Positions 25,527 to 35,248 of a stretch of DNA of 37,980 nt are shown piece after piece. Position 1 is the first letter of the stretch. Each line of letters opens with the position of its first letter. The stretch lies in IMG/VR virus record IMGVR_UViG_3300031658_000032, positions 1 through 37,980 of that record. One strand, written 5' to 3'. The DNA comes from a virus (Duplodnaviria; Caudoviricetes). Position numbers and translations under genes: made by a program. The notes beneath the pieces were generated by a model, which saw nothing but the letters and a program-made list of their open reading frames with translations, searched no databases and was not told the DNA's origin.

Positions 25527-27377
25527 ATGCCGTTAGCACAACCATATACGGGTGATACTTCAGGTATTAATCAACAACAGAATCAACAGACTCAGCAGCA
25601 AGGTCTAAGTCAAGGCAACATTGGTGCACCACAAGTGTCTAGAATCCCTCAAGGCTCTCCTGATACAGGTACATTCAAACCTATTACTTTTAGATCAGGC
25701 TCTCCTCAACAGAGTACATCACAGGATTTGTTTAATCAAAGATCTGAGTTACTACAGCCCCAGTTTGCACAACAGAATACTCAAGCTAAAGAGTCTATGT
25801 TTGGCACAGGACGCTTAGGTCTACGTTTAGCTGGCGAAGGTGCAGGTACAGGTGCTACAGGCGGCATGGTTTCCCCAGACGCCTTAGGTGTTAGCCAAGC
25901 ACAGTCACAAGCCTTAGCTGGTTTAGCTGCACAGTCAACTACTGACTCCTTCTCTCAGGGCCTTCAGAAACAGAACATGAGCTTAGCCAATAGGAACTTC
26001 GGTTTAGCTCAGCAGAATCAAGGATTTAATCAAGGCCTTGCTAATCAGAACTTCGGTCTAGCTTCCCAAGGTCAAGGGTTTAACCAAGGGCTATCTAATC
26101 GTAACTTTGACTTAACATCTCAAGGTCAAGGGTTTAACCAAGGTATGCTCACACAGAACTTCGGTTTAGCTCAGCAGAATCAAGGCTTCAATCAAGGGAT
26201 GGCTGGACAGAACTTCGGTTTAGCTCAGCAGACACAGGATCAGAACTATGATCTTAACAAAGACCGACTAACTGCAGATCAATTGAATCAAGATAGAAAC
26301 TTTAATCTAAGTCAAGATCAGTTAGCTCTTCAGTCACAGGGGCAGCAGTTCAATCAGAACTTGAGTCAAGATCAATTAGCCTTACAGACACAAGGCCAGA
26401 ACTTTGGTCAGAACCTAAGTCAAGATCAGTTAGCTCTTCAGAAGCAAGGTCAAAGCTTTGGTCAGAACCTAAGTCAAGATCAGTTAGCTTTAGCTCAGCA
26501 AGGTCAAGCGCAGGATTATGGTACAAGCCAAGATCAACTAGCTCTGCAGGCAAAGGGGCAACAGTTCAACCAAGGTATGAGTAACCAACAATTAGCTCTT
26601 CAGGCTCAAGGACAAGAGAGAGATTTTAGTTTAAACCAACAGAACTTTGACTTAGCTTCTCAAGGACAAGAGAGAGACTTTAGTTTAAGTCAAGCTCAAT
26701 TAGCTTTACAGACTCAAGGTCAAAGCTTTGGTCAGAACTTAAGTCAAGACCAATTAGCTCTTCAGGCTCAAGGCCAACAGTTCAACCAAGGTATGAGTCA
26801 AGATCAGTTAGCTCTTCAGTCACAAGGTCAAAGTTTTGATCAATCGATGGGTCAAGATCAGTTAGCCCTAGCTACGCAAGGTCAAGGGTTTAACCAAGGT
26901 CTACAACAGCAGCAGCAGCTACAAGACTATAACTTTAATCAACAGAACTATGGTCTAGCACAACAACAGCAGCTACAGGACTATGGATTAGCTCAACAGG
27001 ACTTTGGTTTAGCACAACAGCAGCAGACTAATAACTTTGACTTTAATCAACAGAACATGGCTTTACAACAGCAACAACAGACGCAAGACTATGGCTTAGG
27101 TCAACAGAAGATGGGTCTAGCGCAGCAACAACAGTTACAAGACTATGAGATGGGTATGCTCACTAATGGCCAACAGTATGGCTTACAACGTGATACATTA
27201 GCTCAGAACTATGAGATGGGCACAGAACAGAATGCTATCTCTCGTATGACTGGACAAGCCCAAGCTAATGCCGCTAACTACCAACCTGATCCTTGGTTGA
27301 CTGGCGCCATCGGTGCAGGCTCTGCATTCCTAGGTACTGATACTGGTGCCGATTGGCTCTCTAATCTGTTTACGTAA
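25527..27377 (+). CDS. putative internal virion/ejection protein with Gln-rich 18-residue repeats
   Basis: QGFNQGLANQNFGLASQG and NLSQDQLALQxQGQxFxQ repeats; C-terminal Gly/Ala hydrophobic segment. Confidence 0.7.
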   Translation: MPLAQPYTGDTSGINQQQNQQTQQQGLSQGNIGAPQVSRIPQGSPDTGTFKPITFRSGSPQQSTSQDLFNQRSELLQPQFAQQNTQAKESMFGTGRLGLRLAGEGAGTGATGGMVSPDALGVSQAQSQALAGLAAQSTTDSFSQGLQKQNMSLANRNFGLAQQNQGFNQGLANQNFGLASQGQGFNQGLSNRNFDLTSQGQGFNQGMLTQNFGLAQQNQGFNQGMAGQNFGLAQQTQDQNYDLNKDRLTADQLNQDRNFNLSQDQLALQSQGQQFNQNLSQDQLALQTQGQNFGQNLSQDQLALQKQGQSFGQNLSQDQLALAQQGQAQDYGTSQDQLALQAKGQQFNQGMSNQQLALQAQGQERDFSLNQQNFDLASQGQERDFSLSQAQLALQTQGQSFGQNLSQDQLALQAQGQQFNQGMSQDQLALQSQGQSFDQSMGQDQLALATQGQGFNQGLQQQQQLQDYNFNQQNYGLAQQQQLQDYGLAQQDFGLAQQQQTNNFDFNQQNMALQQQQQTQDYGLGQQKMGLAQQQQLQDYEMGMLTNGQQYGLQRDTLAQNYEMGTEQNAISRMTGQAQANAANYQPDPWLTGAIGAGSAFLGTDTGADWLSNLFT

Positions 27378-27392
27378 TAAAGGTATTATATC

Positions 27393-28760
27393 ATGGCACA
27401 ACAAGGATTATTCACACAAGGCCCATCGATTGATGACCTAATGTCACAACGTAACCAACGTTCAAGTGACCTACAGCGTCAGCTAATGCAACAGGCTTCT
27501 AGAGGAGCCGCTAGGCCTGACCAAGCACAAGCTGCTAGCTTCCTAGGCTCAGCCTTAGGTCGTGCATTAGCAGGTAAGATGGATGGTGGCTCTTCACGTG
27601 AGAAACTAGAGGCTGCTGAAGCTGCTAAGAAGCAAGCACAAGAAGGTTACTTAGGTGCTGCAGGTTCTAATAGCTCTGAGACTATGTTTGCTCAGGTTAA
27701 GTTACTACAGTCTGCTAACCATATGGCCGCTGCAACTAAGATGTTAGCTTTAGCACAAGCTAAGAAGAAAGAAGAAGAAGATGAAGCTAAGGCTTTAGCT
27801 AAGGCTTCAAAGGAAGCTGCGGAAGCTGCAGATAAAGAAGCTGATGACTTGCTTAAGGCTGAAGCTAAGGCTGCTGCAGATAAGGAACAGTTAGAGTACG
27901 CTAGAGCTCAGGATGATCTTAAACAAAGTAACTGGCAGGCTGAGCAGGATAGTAAAGCACCTAAGAGCTTTGAGACATTCACGGGTGAGCAGCTTAATGC
28001 AGCTATAGGTGAGGAGGGTGGTAATTACCCTGCAGGTAGCATATGGCAGAAGTCACCGACTGGTAAACTCACTTGGGTTAATAAGACAGGTAATAATACC
28101 TCTACTAACATCACGTTACCTACAGGATATAAGGCTATCTTTGATGACCAAGGTAACGTAGATGGTATGGAACCTATTAAAGGAAGTAAACCTTATAATG
28201 ATGCTTTAGCCGCGGAGAACAAGACTGCAGGATCTGAAGAGTCTAAAGAGATACACACTACAGCTGTTATGCAGTCATTAGGGGAGTTATCTACTTATCT
28301 TGAGATGGATAGCTTGTTAACGCCTATCTTAGGTATCGCAGGTAACCTAGTGTCCAAGACAGGTGCATCCTCAGAACGTAAGAACGCTGAAGCTGCTTTA
28401 ATAGTTATCCAATCTAACTCTGGCTTTGGTGAGCTACAGTCCATGCGTGACAATAGTGTTACTGGTGGTGCTTTAGGTCAGGTAACTGAGAAGGAATTAG
28501 CTTTGCTACAAGGCATGCTTAAGAGCTTCTCCTTAGATCAGACTAAAGAGAATCTAGTTAAGAAGATTAAACAGTTTGAAGATCTTTATGGTCAGACAGT
28601 TCATGGTAAAGCAGGCTGGAAGGTTGTTAAGGCTAAACTTAAGAAAGAAGCTGATGAGAAGAAAGAAGCAGCTAAGAAAGAAGCTAAGAAAGGCTTCGGT
28701 AACCAAGGTAATACCAATGGTGTTACTATGAATGCTAATGCTTCACAATACTTAAATTAA
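27393..28760 (+). CDS. putative internal virion (ejectosome) protein
   Basis: Helical, A/E/K-rich; C-terminal GGALGQVTEKELALL motif; position in the module. Confidence 0.65.
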   Translation: MAQQGLFTQGPSIDDLMSQRNQRSSDLQRQLMQQASRGAARPDQAQAASFLGSALGRALAGKMDGGSSREKLEAAEAAKKQAQEGYLGAAGSNSSETMFAQVKLLQSANHMAAATKMLALAQAKKKEEEDEAKALAKASKEAAEAADKEADDLLKAEAKAAADKEQLEYARAQDDLKQSNWQAEQDSKAPKSFETFTGEQLNAAIGEEGGNYPAGSIWQKSPTGKLTWVNKTGNNTSTNITLPTGYKAIFDDQGNVDGMEPIKGSKPYNDALAAENKTAGSEESKEIHTTAVMQSLGELSTYLEMDSLLTPILGIAGNLVSKTGASSERKNAEAALIVIQSNSGFGELQSMRDNSVTGGALGQVTEKELALLQGMLKSFSLDQTKENLVKKIKQFEDLYGQTVHGKAGWKVVKAKLKKEADEKKEAAKKEAKKGFGNQGNTNGVTMNANASQYLN

Positions 28761-28771
28761 GGTTATATAAC

Positions 28772-30373
28772 ATGGCGCAATACACAAGAGAACAGGCTAT
28801 TAAGGCTCTTAATGCCGCTAACGCTGATGGCAACATACAAGCTGTTAATGATTGGGCTGATTATCTAGACGGCCTTAAGGTAGAAGCTGAGGCTCCTAAG
28901 GTTGCCCAAGAGCCTAAGGAACAGTCAGTATTCGCTGGTCTACTAGACAGTGCTAAGGCTGTACCTAAGTTAGCTTTTGATACAGCTAGGGCAGGTGTTG
29001 ATGCTTTAACTGTAGGCGGCCTAGATGAAATGTCATCAGGTCTAACCGCAGGCGCTACAGTAGCTAAAGACTTTATCACAGGTAACGAAGAAGGTTCTAC
29101 CTTTGGTGAGATCTATGATGCACAGATGCAATACGAGTCTCAAGATAGAGAACGCTTTGCTGATGAACATGCTGTACTGTCTACAGGCGCTGAAGTAACT
29201 GGTATGATACTTAGTCCCATCAACAAGGCCTTAGGTGCTGTTAAGTTACTACAGGGCGCTGGTAAAGCCGCTGGTGTAGTCAACCAAGGCACTCAGGGCA
29301 TCATAGGCGCTGTACCTTACGTCTTTATGACTGCTGATGGAACTGTAGCTGAAAGGGCTGAAGTGGCCTTGTCGCCTACTGTAGTCATCTCTGCTGCATC
29401 CTTTGGTATCCTAGGTGGTAAGGCTATTAGTGTAGGCAAGGACTTCTTTAGTAAGAAGTTTCAGAAGTCGTTAGACGTACCTACTACAGCTAACCTAGAG
29501 CAATCTAAGAATGAACTGTATGACCAAGTAGCTAAGTCAGGTATTAGGTATGCACCTACAGCCGTGAACAAGGCAGTCAATCAGTTGATTGGTACTATAC
29601 AGAAGAAGATATCTCCTGATGATAAACAAGCTGTAGCAGTCTTTAATCAGTTCAAGGCACTAGCATCACGTAACAACAAGAAAGGTACTGACCTTAAAGA
29701 GTTAGATGAATTACAGAGGGATATGTGGAAGCGTTATAACTCTACTGCAGGCAACAAGGCAGAGAAGAGTATTATACTTGATGCTATTAACTCAGTTGAT
29801 GACTTGATAGCTAAGCATCCTAATAACTCTGAAGTTATGAAGTTAGCAAGAGTAGCTAACAATCGCTTTAAGAAGGCTGAACAGTTTGACCGTATCAATA
29901 AGAAGATGATGCTTGATGACTCCTTTAAGAATGCACCTATAGTCGATCAGATGAAAACTATGGTTAACAAGATTCTACAGGATCCTAGGCAAGCTAAGTA
30001 TTATGAACCTGTGGAGCTTAAGGCTTTTGAAAGGTTCTTAGCTGACAAAGGTACGTATACTGAACAAGGGCTTAAGTCTCTTAGGCATCTTGCACCTAAC
30101 ATGCAATTGTCTGCTCTACTTACTGTAGGCACTGGAGGCGCTAGTCTTATACCTCAGATCATTGGTCAAGGTGTAGGTAAGTTAGCTAAAGGCTTTGGTC
30201 AACGTAGGCAGATGTCTCGTAACGCAGACCTAGTTGATATGGTTAAAGGGGGCAGAGTTGCTCCTAATGCTGTACCTAGGAGCGGAGCGTTCACCTCAGC
30301 ACCTACGCAGTTCGTCAGTGATGCAGTACAAGCTGATGAAAGAAACATGAGTATGCTTAAGCAACAGTACTAA
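28772..30373 (+). CDS. putative internal virion (DNA transfer) protein
   Basis: Last gene of the structural arm; G..LT.G..DE motif and Gly/Ala-rich membrane-like segments. Confidence 0.65.
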   Translation: MAQYTREQAIKALNAANADGNIQAVNDWADYLDGLKVEAEAPKVAQEPKEQSVFAGLLDSAKAVPKLAFDTARAGVDALTVGGLDEMSSGLTAGATVAKDFITGNEEGSTFGEIYDAQMQYESQDRERFADEHAVLSTGAEVTGMILSPINKALGAVKLLQGAGKAAGVVNQGTQGIIGAVPYVFMTADGTVAERAEVALSPTVVISAASFGILGGKAISVGKDFFSKKFQKSLDVPTTANLEQSKNELYDQVAKSGIRYAPTAVNKAVNQLIGTIQKKISPDDKQAVAVFNQFKALASRNNKKGTDLKELDELQRDMWKRYNSTAGNKAEKSIILDAINSVDDLIAKHPNNSEVMKLARVANNRFKKAEQFDRINKKMMLDDSFKNAPIVDQMKTMVNKILQDPRQAKYYEPVELKAFERFLADKGTYTEQGLKSLRHLAPNMQLSALLTVGTGGASLIPQIIGQGVGKLAKGFGQRRQMSRNADLVDMVKGGRVAPNAVPRSGAFTSAPTQFVSDAVQADERNMSMLKQQY

Positions 30374-30388
30374 CCTCAAATTGCAGGC

Positions 30389-30439
30389 AAAATAAAGGCC
30401 CCTTGGCTCTCTTACTTTAGAGAACCTTGGGGCCTTTTT
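30389..30439. terminator. bidirectional rho-independent terminator between the convergent arms
   Basis: AAAATAAAGGCCCC...GGGGCCTTTTT, a hairpin with an A tract before and a T tract after. Confidence 0.88.
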
Positions 30440-30449
30440 GCGTTTCTAG

Positions 30450-32174
30450 TTAACTACACTCTTTCTGTCCGGTCTCAAAGTTAATGTAACATGCTTCTGC
30501 TACCTTATCCTCTGCCTTAAGCTCTTCCTCAGGTTTATCATTCAAGATACCAAACCTCTTGCCTCCTGAGTTGAACGTAGTACAACCTTTGCATCCCTGC
30601 TCCCAAGCGCCCATGTAGATAGACTTAAAGTCTTCCCAAGGCATCTCAGGTGAGCAGTTAATAGTCTTACTTACTGCACTATCAACGTACTGTGAGCTTA
30701 GCGCGAGGACACTTAAATGTTCCTCCGCAGTACAGTCATTAGCTTTCTTACCACGGACACCCCAAGTGCGAAAAGCATAATCCATAACTTCCTCCACGAT
30801 AGGCCCATCTTCGGTTTGAATAGTACGATCATAACCATAACTAAACACAGGTTCAACACCACCACTAACATTATCCGCCGTAAGCGATATAGTACCAGTA
30901 GGAGCAAAGCTAAGTAGATGACTGTTGCGTATTCCATACTTCCTAATCCCTGCTCTAACTGTCTTAGGTAGCGTCTTAATGAACTTACCCTTTAAGTATT
31001 GATCAACGTCTAACATAGGAAATGCACCCTTCTCTTTAGCCAAGGCTACCGAGGTGCGATATGTTTCATCTCTCAATACTTTGAATATGTCCTCAGCTAC
31101 TTCTAGGAACTTAGGGCTTCCATAGGAGAAGCCTAACGCCTCTATCGCATTAGCTAACCCAGTTACACCTAATCCCATCCTACGCTTGTCACGCGACTCC
31201 TCTGCCTGCTTCTCAAGTGGAAACACAGTATTGTCATGTATGTTATCCATAGCCCTTGTGACTACAGGTATGTCTTGCATTAGCTGCGCAAAGTTAAACG
31301 ACCTAGTACCTTCATCATCAAAGTCAATGTACTTAACTAAGTTATAGCTACCTAAGAGACATGCGCCGTTAGGAGGTAAGGGCTGTTCACCACAAGGGTT
31401 AGTAGCTTCAATAGTCTCACAGTAATGTAAGTTATTCATCTCGTTAATACGGTCAATGAACAAAACTCCCGGCTCTGCCCAGTCCCACGTAGAACGCATG
31501 ATCATCTCCCATAAGGTAGGTGCAAAGATCTGCTTGTATATCTTACCTTCAAAGACTAGGTTAAACATCTTCTTATCTCTGACACACTCCATGAATTCAT
31601 CAGTTATGCCTAGAGAGATATTGAATGCCGTCAGCTCAGTACTATTCTGCTTAGCATGTATAAACTCTTCAATGTCAGGATGGTCTACACGTAGGACACC
31701 CATCTGTGCACCTCGGCGGTGTCCAGCACTACTTACAGTCTTACATAGGCTGTCAAAGATACGCATGAAGCTGATAGGGCCTGAGGCTTGTGAACCTAAG
31801 CTCACGATTAAGGAGCCTTTAGGACGCAACCGTGAGAAGTCGTAGCCTATGCCACCACCCTTACGCATTGTCTTACCAGCTTCCTTAGCGCCATCCATGA
31901 TGCTATTAAAGTCATCTTCGATAGGTGAACTAACGAAACAGTTGAATGCTGTAGTAGCTGTAGGTGAACCAATGGCTAGTTGTGTACGTCCGCCACCCAT
32001 GAACCTCTGCTCTAACAAGATGTCACGTAAGGCATAGAAATGATCCTCACTATCTGACAATGTAGAAGCAAAGCGGTTCTGAGCTTCCTTGAATGACTCT
32101 CCTTCCATACGATACTTCTTAGCATGTACTTCTTGGCTAATACGTGTCTTAGGCCCTTCTGTAGTAGTCATCAT
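30450..32174 (-). CDS. nrdJ: class II (adenosylcobalamin-dependent) ribonucleotide reductase
   Basis: FNCFV, GGGIG, RRGAQMG, TNPCGEQPL, GLGVTGLA, APTGTIS; C-terminal Cys pair; no beta-subunit gene in the genome. Confidence 0.92.
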   Translation of the reverse strand: MMTTTEGPKTRISQEVHAKKYRMEGESFKEAQNRFASTLSDSEDHFYALRDILLEQRFMGGGRTQLAIGSPTATTAFNCFVSSPIEDDFNSIMDGAKEAGKTMRKGGGIGYDFSRLRPKGSLIVSLGSQASGPISFMRIFDSLCKTVSSAGHRRGAQMGVLRVDHPDIEEFIHAKQNSTELTAFNISLGITDEFMECVRDKKMFNLVFEGKIYKQIFAPTLWEMIMRSTWDWAEPGVLFIDRINEMNNLHYCETIEATNPCGEQPLPPNGACLLGSYNLVKYIDFDDEGTRSFNFAQLMQDIPVVTRAMDNIHDNTVFPLEKQAEESRDKRRMGLGVTGLANAIEALGFSYGSPKFLEVAEDIFKVLRDETYRTSVALAKEKGAFPMLDVDQYLKGKFIKTLPKTVRAGIRKYGIRNSHLLSFAPTGTISLTADNVSGGVEPVFSYGYDRTIQTEDGPIVEEVMDYAFRTWGVRGKKANDCTAEEHLSVLALSSQYVDSAVSKTINCSPEMPWEDFKSIYMGAWEQGCKGCTTFNSGGKRFGILNDKPEEELKAEDKVAEACYINFETGQKECS

Positions 32175-32410
32175 AGTTCAATACCATTCTCACGTTTCCA
32201 TAACTCATACACAGTGGGATGCATCAGCTCCTGCATAATAACTTCCACACTAATGACAGTACGTATCATAGCTACTAGATCATCTGAATCTAGGTATGGG
32301 TCAAGGTCATTAGCATAAATCTCTTGTTTCAAATCAAAGTGCAACTGATCCAAACATGTTACACCTACCTGCTCTACTTGTACATCACTTAATTTAAGTT
32401 TCATCTTCAT
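32171..32410 (-). CDS. hypothetical protein
   Basis: 79-aa ORF with ATGA overlap to nrdJ. Confidence 0.7.
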   Translation of the reverse strand: MKMKLKLSDVQVEQVGVTCLDQLHFDLKQEIYANDLDPYLDSDDLVAMIRTVISVEVIMQELMHPTVYELWKRENGIEL

Positions 32411-32421
32411 TACTCTTTAGG

Positions 32422-32613
32422 TTAGTGTATTCTGTTTTCATTCTTCTTCACATCATAGTCTATAAGCTCTATAGTCTCTATGGCTGTCTCTTCTCGTACT
32501 GCTGTTATCAACTGATTGTATGCAGAGTCAAAGGCATCCTCTTCACTCTCTGCTACTAAGGTCACTGTGGTTGTAACCTCAGCAACTAAGTCCACCGTAT
32601 ACTCTGCTAACAT
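32422..32613 (-). CDS. small acidic hypothetical protein
   Basis: ATG at 32613 with GGAGG RBS; V.LVAESEEDA motif common in small phage proteins. Confidence 0.7.
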   Translation of the reverse strand: MLAEYTVDLVAEVTTTVTLVAESEEDAFDSAYNQLITAVREETAIETIELIDYDVKKNENRIH

Positions 32614-32615
32614 CT

Positions 32616-32717
32616 TTAGTCCTCCCAAATGGTACCACGCTTATATAATTGAATAGCTGTATTCATGTCACACTCAAAGCCTTCCATGATACATTCTATA
32701 TGTTTAATTATTAACAT
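32616..32717 (-). CDS. 33-aa hypothetical protein (not in ORF track)
   Basis: MLIIKHIECIMEGFECDMNTAIQLYKRGTIWED; fills the gap between neighbours; GGAGG upstream. Confidence 0.55.
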   Translation of the reverse strand: MLIIKHIECIMEGFECDMNTAIQLYKRGTIWED

Positions 32718-33138
32718 TACTATACTTTCCCTCCAGTATCATTATTGATAACTCTATGGCCCTTTGGCCTACCTGATCCGCCCACCGACTATCTAGAAAC
32801 TCTATACTTGCTAGAGTATAGTCTTTAGACTCCATAGCTGCAAGAGCTTTCTTAAACTTCTTTAGCCGAGGCATGCCCAAGTTAAAGCATATGTTAATCA
32901 TAGCATCACTACGTGGCCCGTTGAGTCCTATGAACCAGTCAAAGGAGCCATGTAACTCATCTTCGACTCTAGCTATGTCATTACTTAACATGAAGTTAAT
33001 CTCCTCCTCAGACAGCCCTAGGCCGCCTTCAGAGTCCACATTACGCCCTACGCCTATAGTTACCTTACCAACAGTATCTACATAGGCATGCGTCTCGACA
33101 CCTTCATGACGCTTAAGCATATTAATCAATCGTTTCAT
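32704..33138 (-). CDS. lysozyme / endolysin (GH24, T4-like)
   Basis: HEG....YVDTVG..TIGVGRN provides the catalytic E-D-T triad; FNLG; DSRWADQVGQRA. Confidence 0.93.
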   Translation of the reverse strand: MKRLINMLKRHEGVETHAYVDTVGKVTIGVGRNVDSEGGLGLSEEEINFMLSNDIARVEDELHGSFDWFIGLNGPRSDAMINICFNLGMPRLKKFKKALAAMESKDYTLASIEFLDSRWADQVGQRAIELSIMILEGKYSNVNN

Positions 33139-33485
33139 ATGTTTCCATCCGCATCAGTATCACATTGGTCATCAATGGCACCATAGTGCTTCTTACGTAG
33201 GAGAGCATCTAGGGCATCAGTGTCGCTATGTCTGTCAAAAAGTTCCAATTGAATCTCTAGGACGTGTATAGCTTTCTCTATGTTCTCCCGATGTTCACCC
33301 TTCTCACGTGTTAGATACTTGTTGACCTTAGTATATGCAGTAGCTCTAATACCTTCGTAACCAAAGTTAGCGTAGGTTATCTCAAGCGGCTGCATACCTA
33401 AGTCCGTATAGTGGCTTCCTGCCACTTGCGACTCTAGCGCCTTAGGCTCGTCAAAGGCCGCGTCTATACCCCATGTTTTACTCAT
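33135..33485 (-). CDS. DUF3310-like (T7 gp1.7 / nucleotide-kinase-related) protein
   Basis: QVAGSHY...QPLE...KYLTR.KG...NIEKAIH motif; the start at 33485 has a GAGGA RBS. Confidence 0.75.
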   Translation of the reverse strand: MSKTWGIDAAFDEPKALESQVAGSHYTDLGMQPLEITYANFGYEGIRATAYTKVNKYLTREKGEHRENIEKAIHVLEIQLELFDRHSDTDALDALLRKKHYGAIDDQCDTDADGNI

Positions 33486-33636
33486 TAATAGCATCCTCAA
33501 ACAAGTCCATGTTCTTCATGATCATGTCTTCATAACGATCCACTAATGACTCAGCGGTAATGCCTAGTATCTCACAAAGCATATCGACATCATAGTTATT
33601 TAATATCTGTTCTCTTAATTCCTCGTAGGTAGACAT
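33478..33636 (-). CDS. 52-aa helical protein (not in ORF track)
   Basis: MSTYEELREQILNNYDVDMLCEILGITAESLVDRYEDMIMKNMDLFEDAINE; GGAG RBS; overlaps both neighbours. Confidence 0.75.
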   Translation of the reverse strand: MSTYEELREQILNNYDVDMLCEILGITAESLVDRYEDMIMKNMDLFEDAINE

Positions 33637-33992
33637 TTTAAATGCTCCAGTAATTCATCAACTGTTTTCATAGTGAAGTGAGCTAAACCTTCCTTCTCAC
33701 ACCATTGCCCTAGGTTCATCTTAGCACCCTTACGTAGGCGCTTCCGTGAGTCAGTGAATACAAAGATTAAAGGCCTATCGATTTCATCTCGTATAGCCTT
33801 GTACTTCTGTGTATCACCTACCCTAAAGAAGCCCTTACATTCTATCATAGCTCCAGTGCGCTTGTCAATGAAGTCAGGTACATATTTCTTCTTAATGATG
33901 TAAGGTATACGGTAAGGTTCATAGAGAAAGTCTTCAGTTCCTACAGCATCATTAAAGGCACTCTCGAGCCCTGATCTAAACTTCTGTGTCAT
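33615..33992 (-). CDS. T7 endonuclease I-like Holliday junction resolvase
   Basis: FRSGLE...YEP...YVPDF...IECKGFF (PD-D/ExK). Confidence 0.9.
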   Translation of the reverse strand: MTQKFRSGLESAFNDAVGTEDFLYEPYRIPYIIKKKYVPDFIDKRTGAMIECKGFFRVGDTQKYKAIRDEIDRPLIFVFTDSRKRLRKGAKMNLGQWCEKEGLAHFTMKTVDELLEHLKCLPTRN

Positions 33993-34737
33993 TGAATATC
34001 TCCTCTATCGTTAGTCGTTTAAAGCCATCCCAAGTCCTACGCATGTACAACAAGTTCCAGCACACCTCAAGACGGTCATGCCAGTCCTCAGGATGATGTT
34101 CCTTCCATGCTTCTCTGACCTTGGTAAGCATATCACCTGTGGGTACGTCCGTCAAGAGCTTTTCAGCTTTCTTTGGGCCAATACCTTTGATACCTTTAAT
34201 ATGGTCTGTGGCGTCACCAGTGAGCATTTGGATACACATCTTATAGTGTCCCTCATGCTCATCAATGTAATACAACTTCTTCTTAGTAAAGTTATAATGC
34301 CACCCCTCGACCATATCAATGTCTTTATCAATATGAGCTATAACATAATGCTCTCCAGCTTCCATGGCCTCCTGTGCCCATATAGACACAACGTCATCGG
34401 CCTCACAGTAGTCTGACTTATGATGCCCTAGCTTCCAAGCATACTCAGTTAAAGCGTTACGTCTCTTACCTACAGCAGGGTCAGCCTTAGCCTTAGCTGC
34501 ATCACTTACACGTTGACCTTTATAGTCTGCAGCAACATCAAACCTGAAGTTACCTACACCTTTAACAGCAACAAACATTTCATCGCTACAGGTGTCCCAT
34601 TGAATATCCTCTATCGCCTTATCGTAGTACTTCTTACCTTGAGCTACTGAGCTAGAGGTTACCGCAATACGATAGATTATAGAGTCTGCGTCAACAAAAC
34701 ACTTCTGAAAAGGCATACCCTTCTTCTGCTTACTCAC
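33976..34737 (-). CDS. 5'-3' exonuclease (T7 gp6-like)
   Basis: DADSIIY, EADD, IDKD, GDATDHIKGIKGIGPKKA (H3TH). Confidence 0.92.
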   Translation of the reverse strand: MSKQKKGMPFQKCFVDADSIIYRIAVTSSSVAQGKKYYDKAIEDIQWDTCSDEMFVAVKGVGNFRFDVAADYKGQRVSDAAKAKADPAVGKRRNALTEYAWKLGHHKSDYCEADDVVSIWAQEAMEAGEHYVIAHIDKDIDMVEGWHYNFTKKKLYYIDEHEGHYKMCIQMLTGDATDHIKGIKGIGPKKAEKLLTDVPTGDMLTKVREAWKEHHPEDWHDRLEVCWNLLYMRRTWDGFKRLTIEEIFNDTEV

Positions 34738-35248
34738 TTAAGGCACCTAGGCAAGCTACAGCCTTGGATAAGTCAATCTTAAACCATTCATTCTTACGGT
34801 CATCACTAAGCAACTCAAGTGCCTTATGTGCCTTAACCTCAGACGTGTGACGATTAGCTAGGCTCACACTATAGCGTAATGAGTAAGCTCGAAATGGGTC
34901 GCTAGTCTGATAGCTCTTCAGGCGGTCACTTGCATCAATAGCTTTACCTACCTTAATCCATTCAGGCCAAGCGTCATTGGTAATAACGTAGACATCACCT
35001 TTAGTTGACTGACTATAGTTTGTGAACGAGCTAAAGGCTGCATCGTTGAATGAGTTGTAGCGCCCAGACTTCCATAAAGGATGCGACTTAGCAACATATG
35101 TGCCATCTACATACATACGTGCAGCATTCTTCTTGTTCAATAAAGCTAAGCGGCGGCGGCCCCCATCAGCCCATCGTACCCATTGCTCACCTTCCTCAAT
35201 AAAATAAGTTGCATTTGCATGTTGCTGCTCTTGTTGTGCTATGTTCAT
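34730..35248 (-). CDS. GIY-YIG superfamily protein (T5orf172/MUG113-like)
   Basis: GDVYVITN..WPEWIKVGKA....RLKSYQTSDP...E..AH...NEWF. Confidence 0.85.
   Translation of the reverse strand: MNIAQQEQQHANATYFIEEGEQWVRWADGGRRRLALLNKKNAARMYVDGTYVAKSHPLWKSGRYNSFNDAAFSSFTNYSQSTKGDVYVITNDAWPEWIKVGKAIDASDRLKSYQTSDPFRAYSLRYSVSLANRHTSEVKAHKALELLSDDRKNEWFKIDLSKAVACLGALSE

Noticed and set aside
25940-27200. 54-bp periodic repeats as a CRISPR array or DGR template
   Set aside because: The repeats are in-frame, degenerate at synonymous positions and lack unique spacers. No cas or reverse transcriptase gene is present.
7400-30373. Apparent genome-wide excess of CTAAG/CTTAG/CTGAG words
   Set aside because: In coding regions it is largely explained by GCT/CCT followed by AAG/GAG codon preference. 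It cannot be called a signal without a codon-controlled count.
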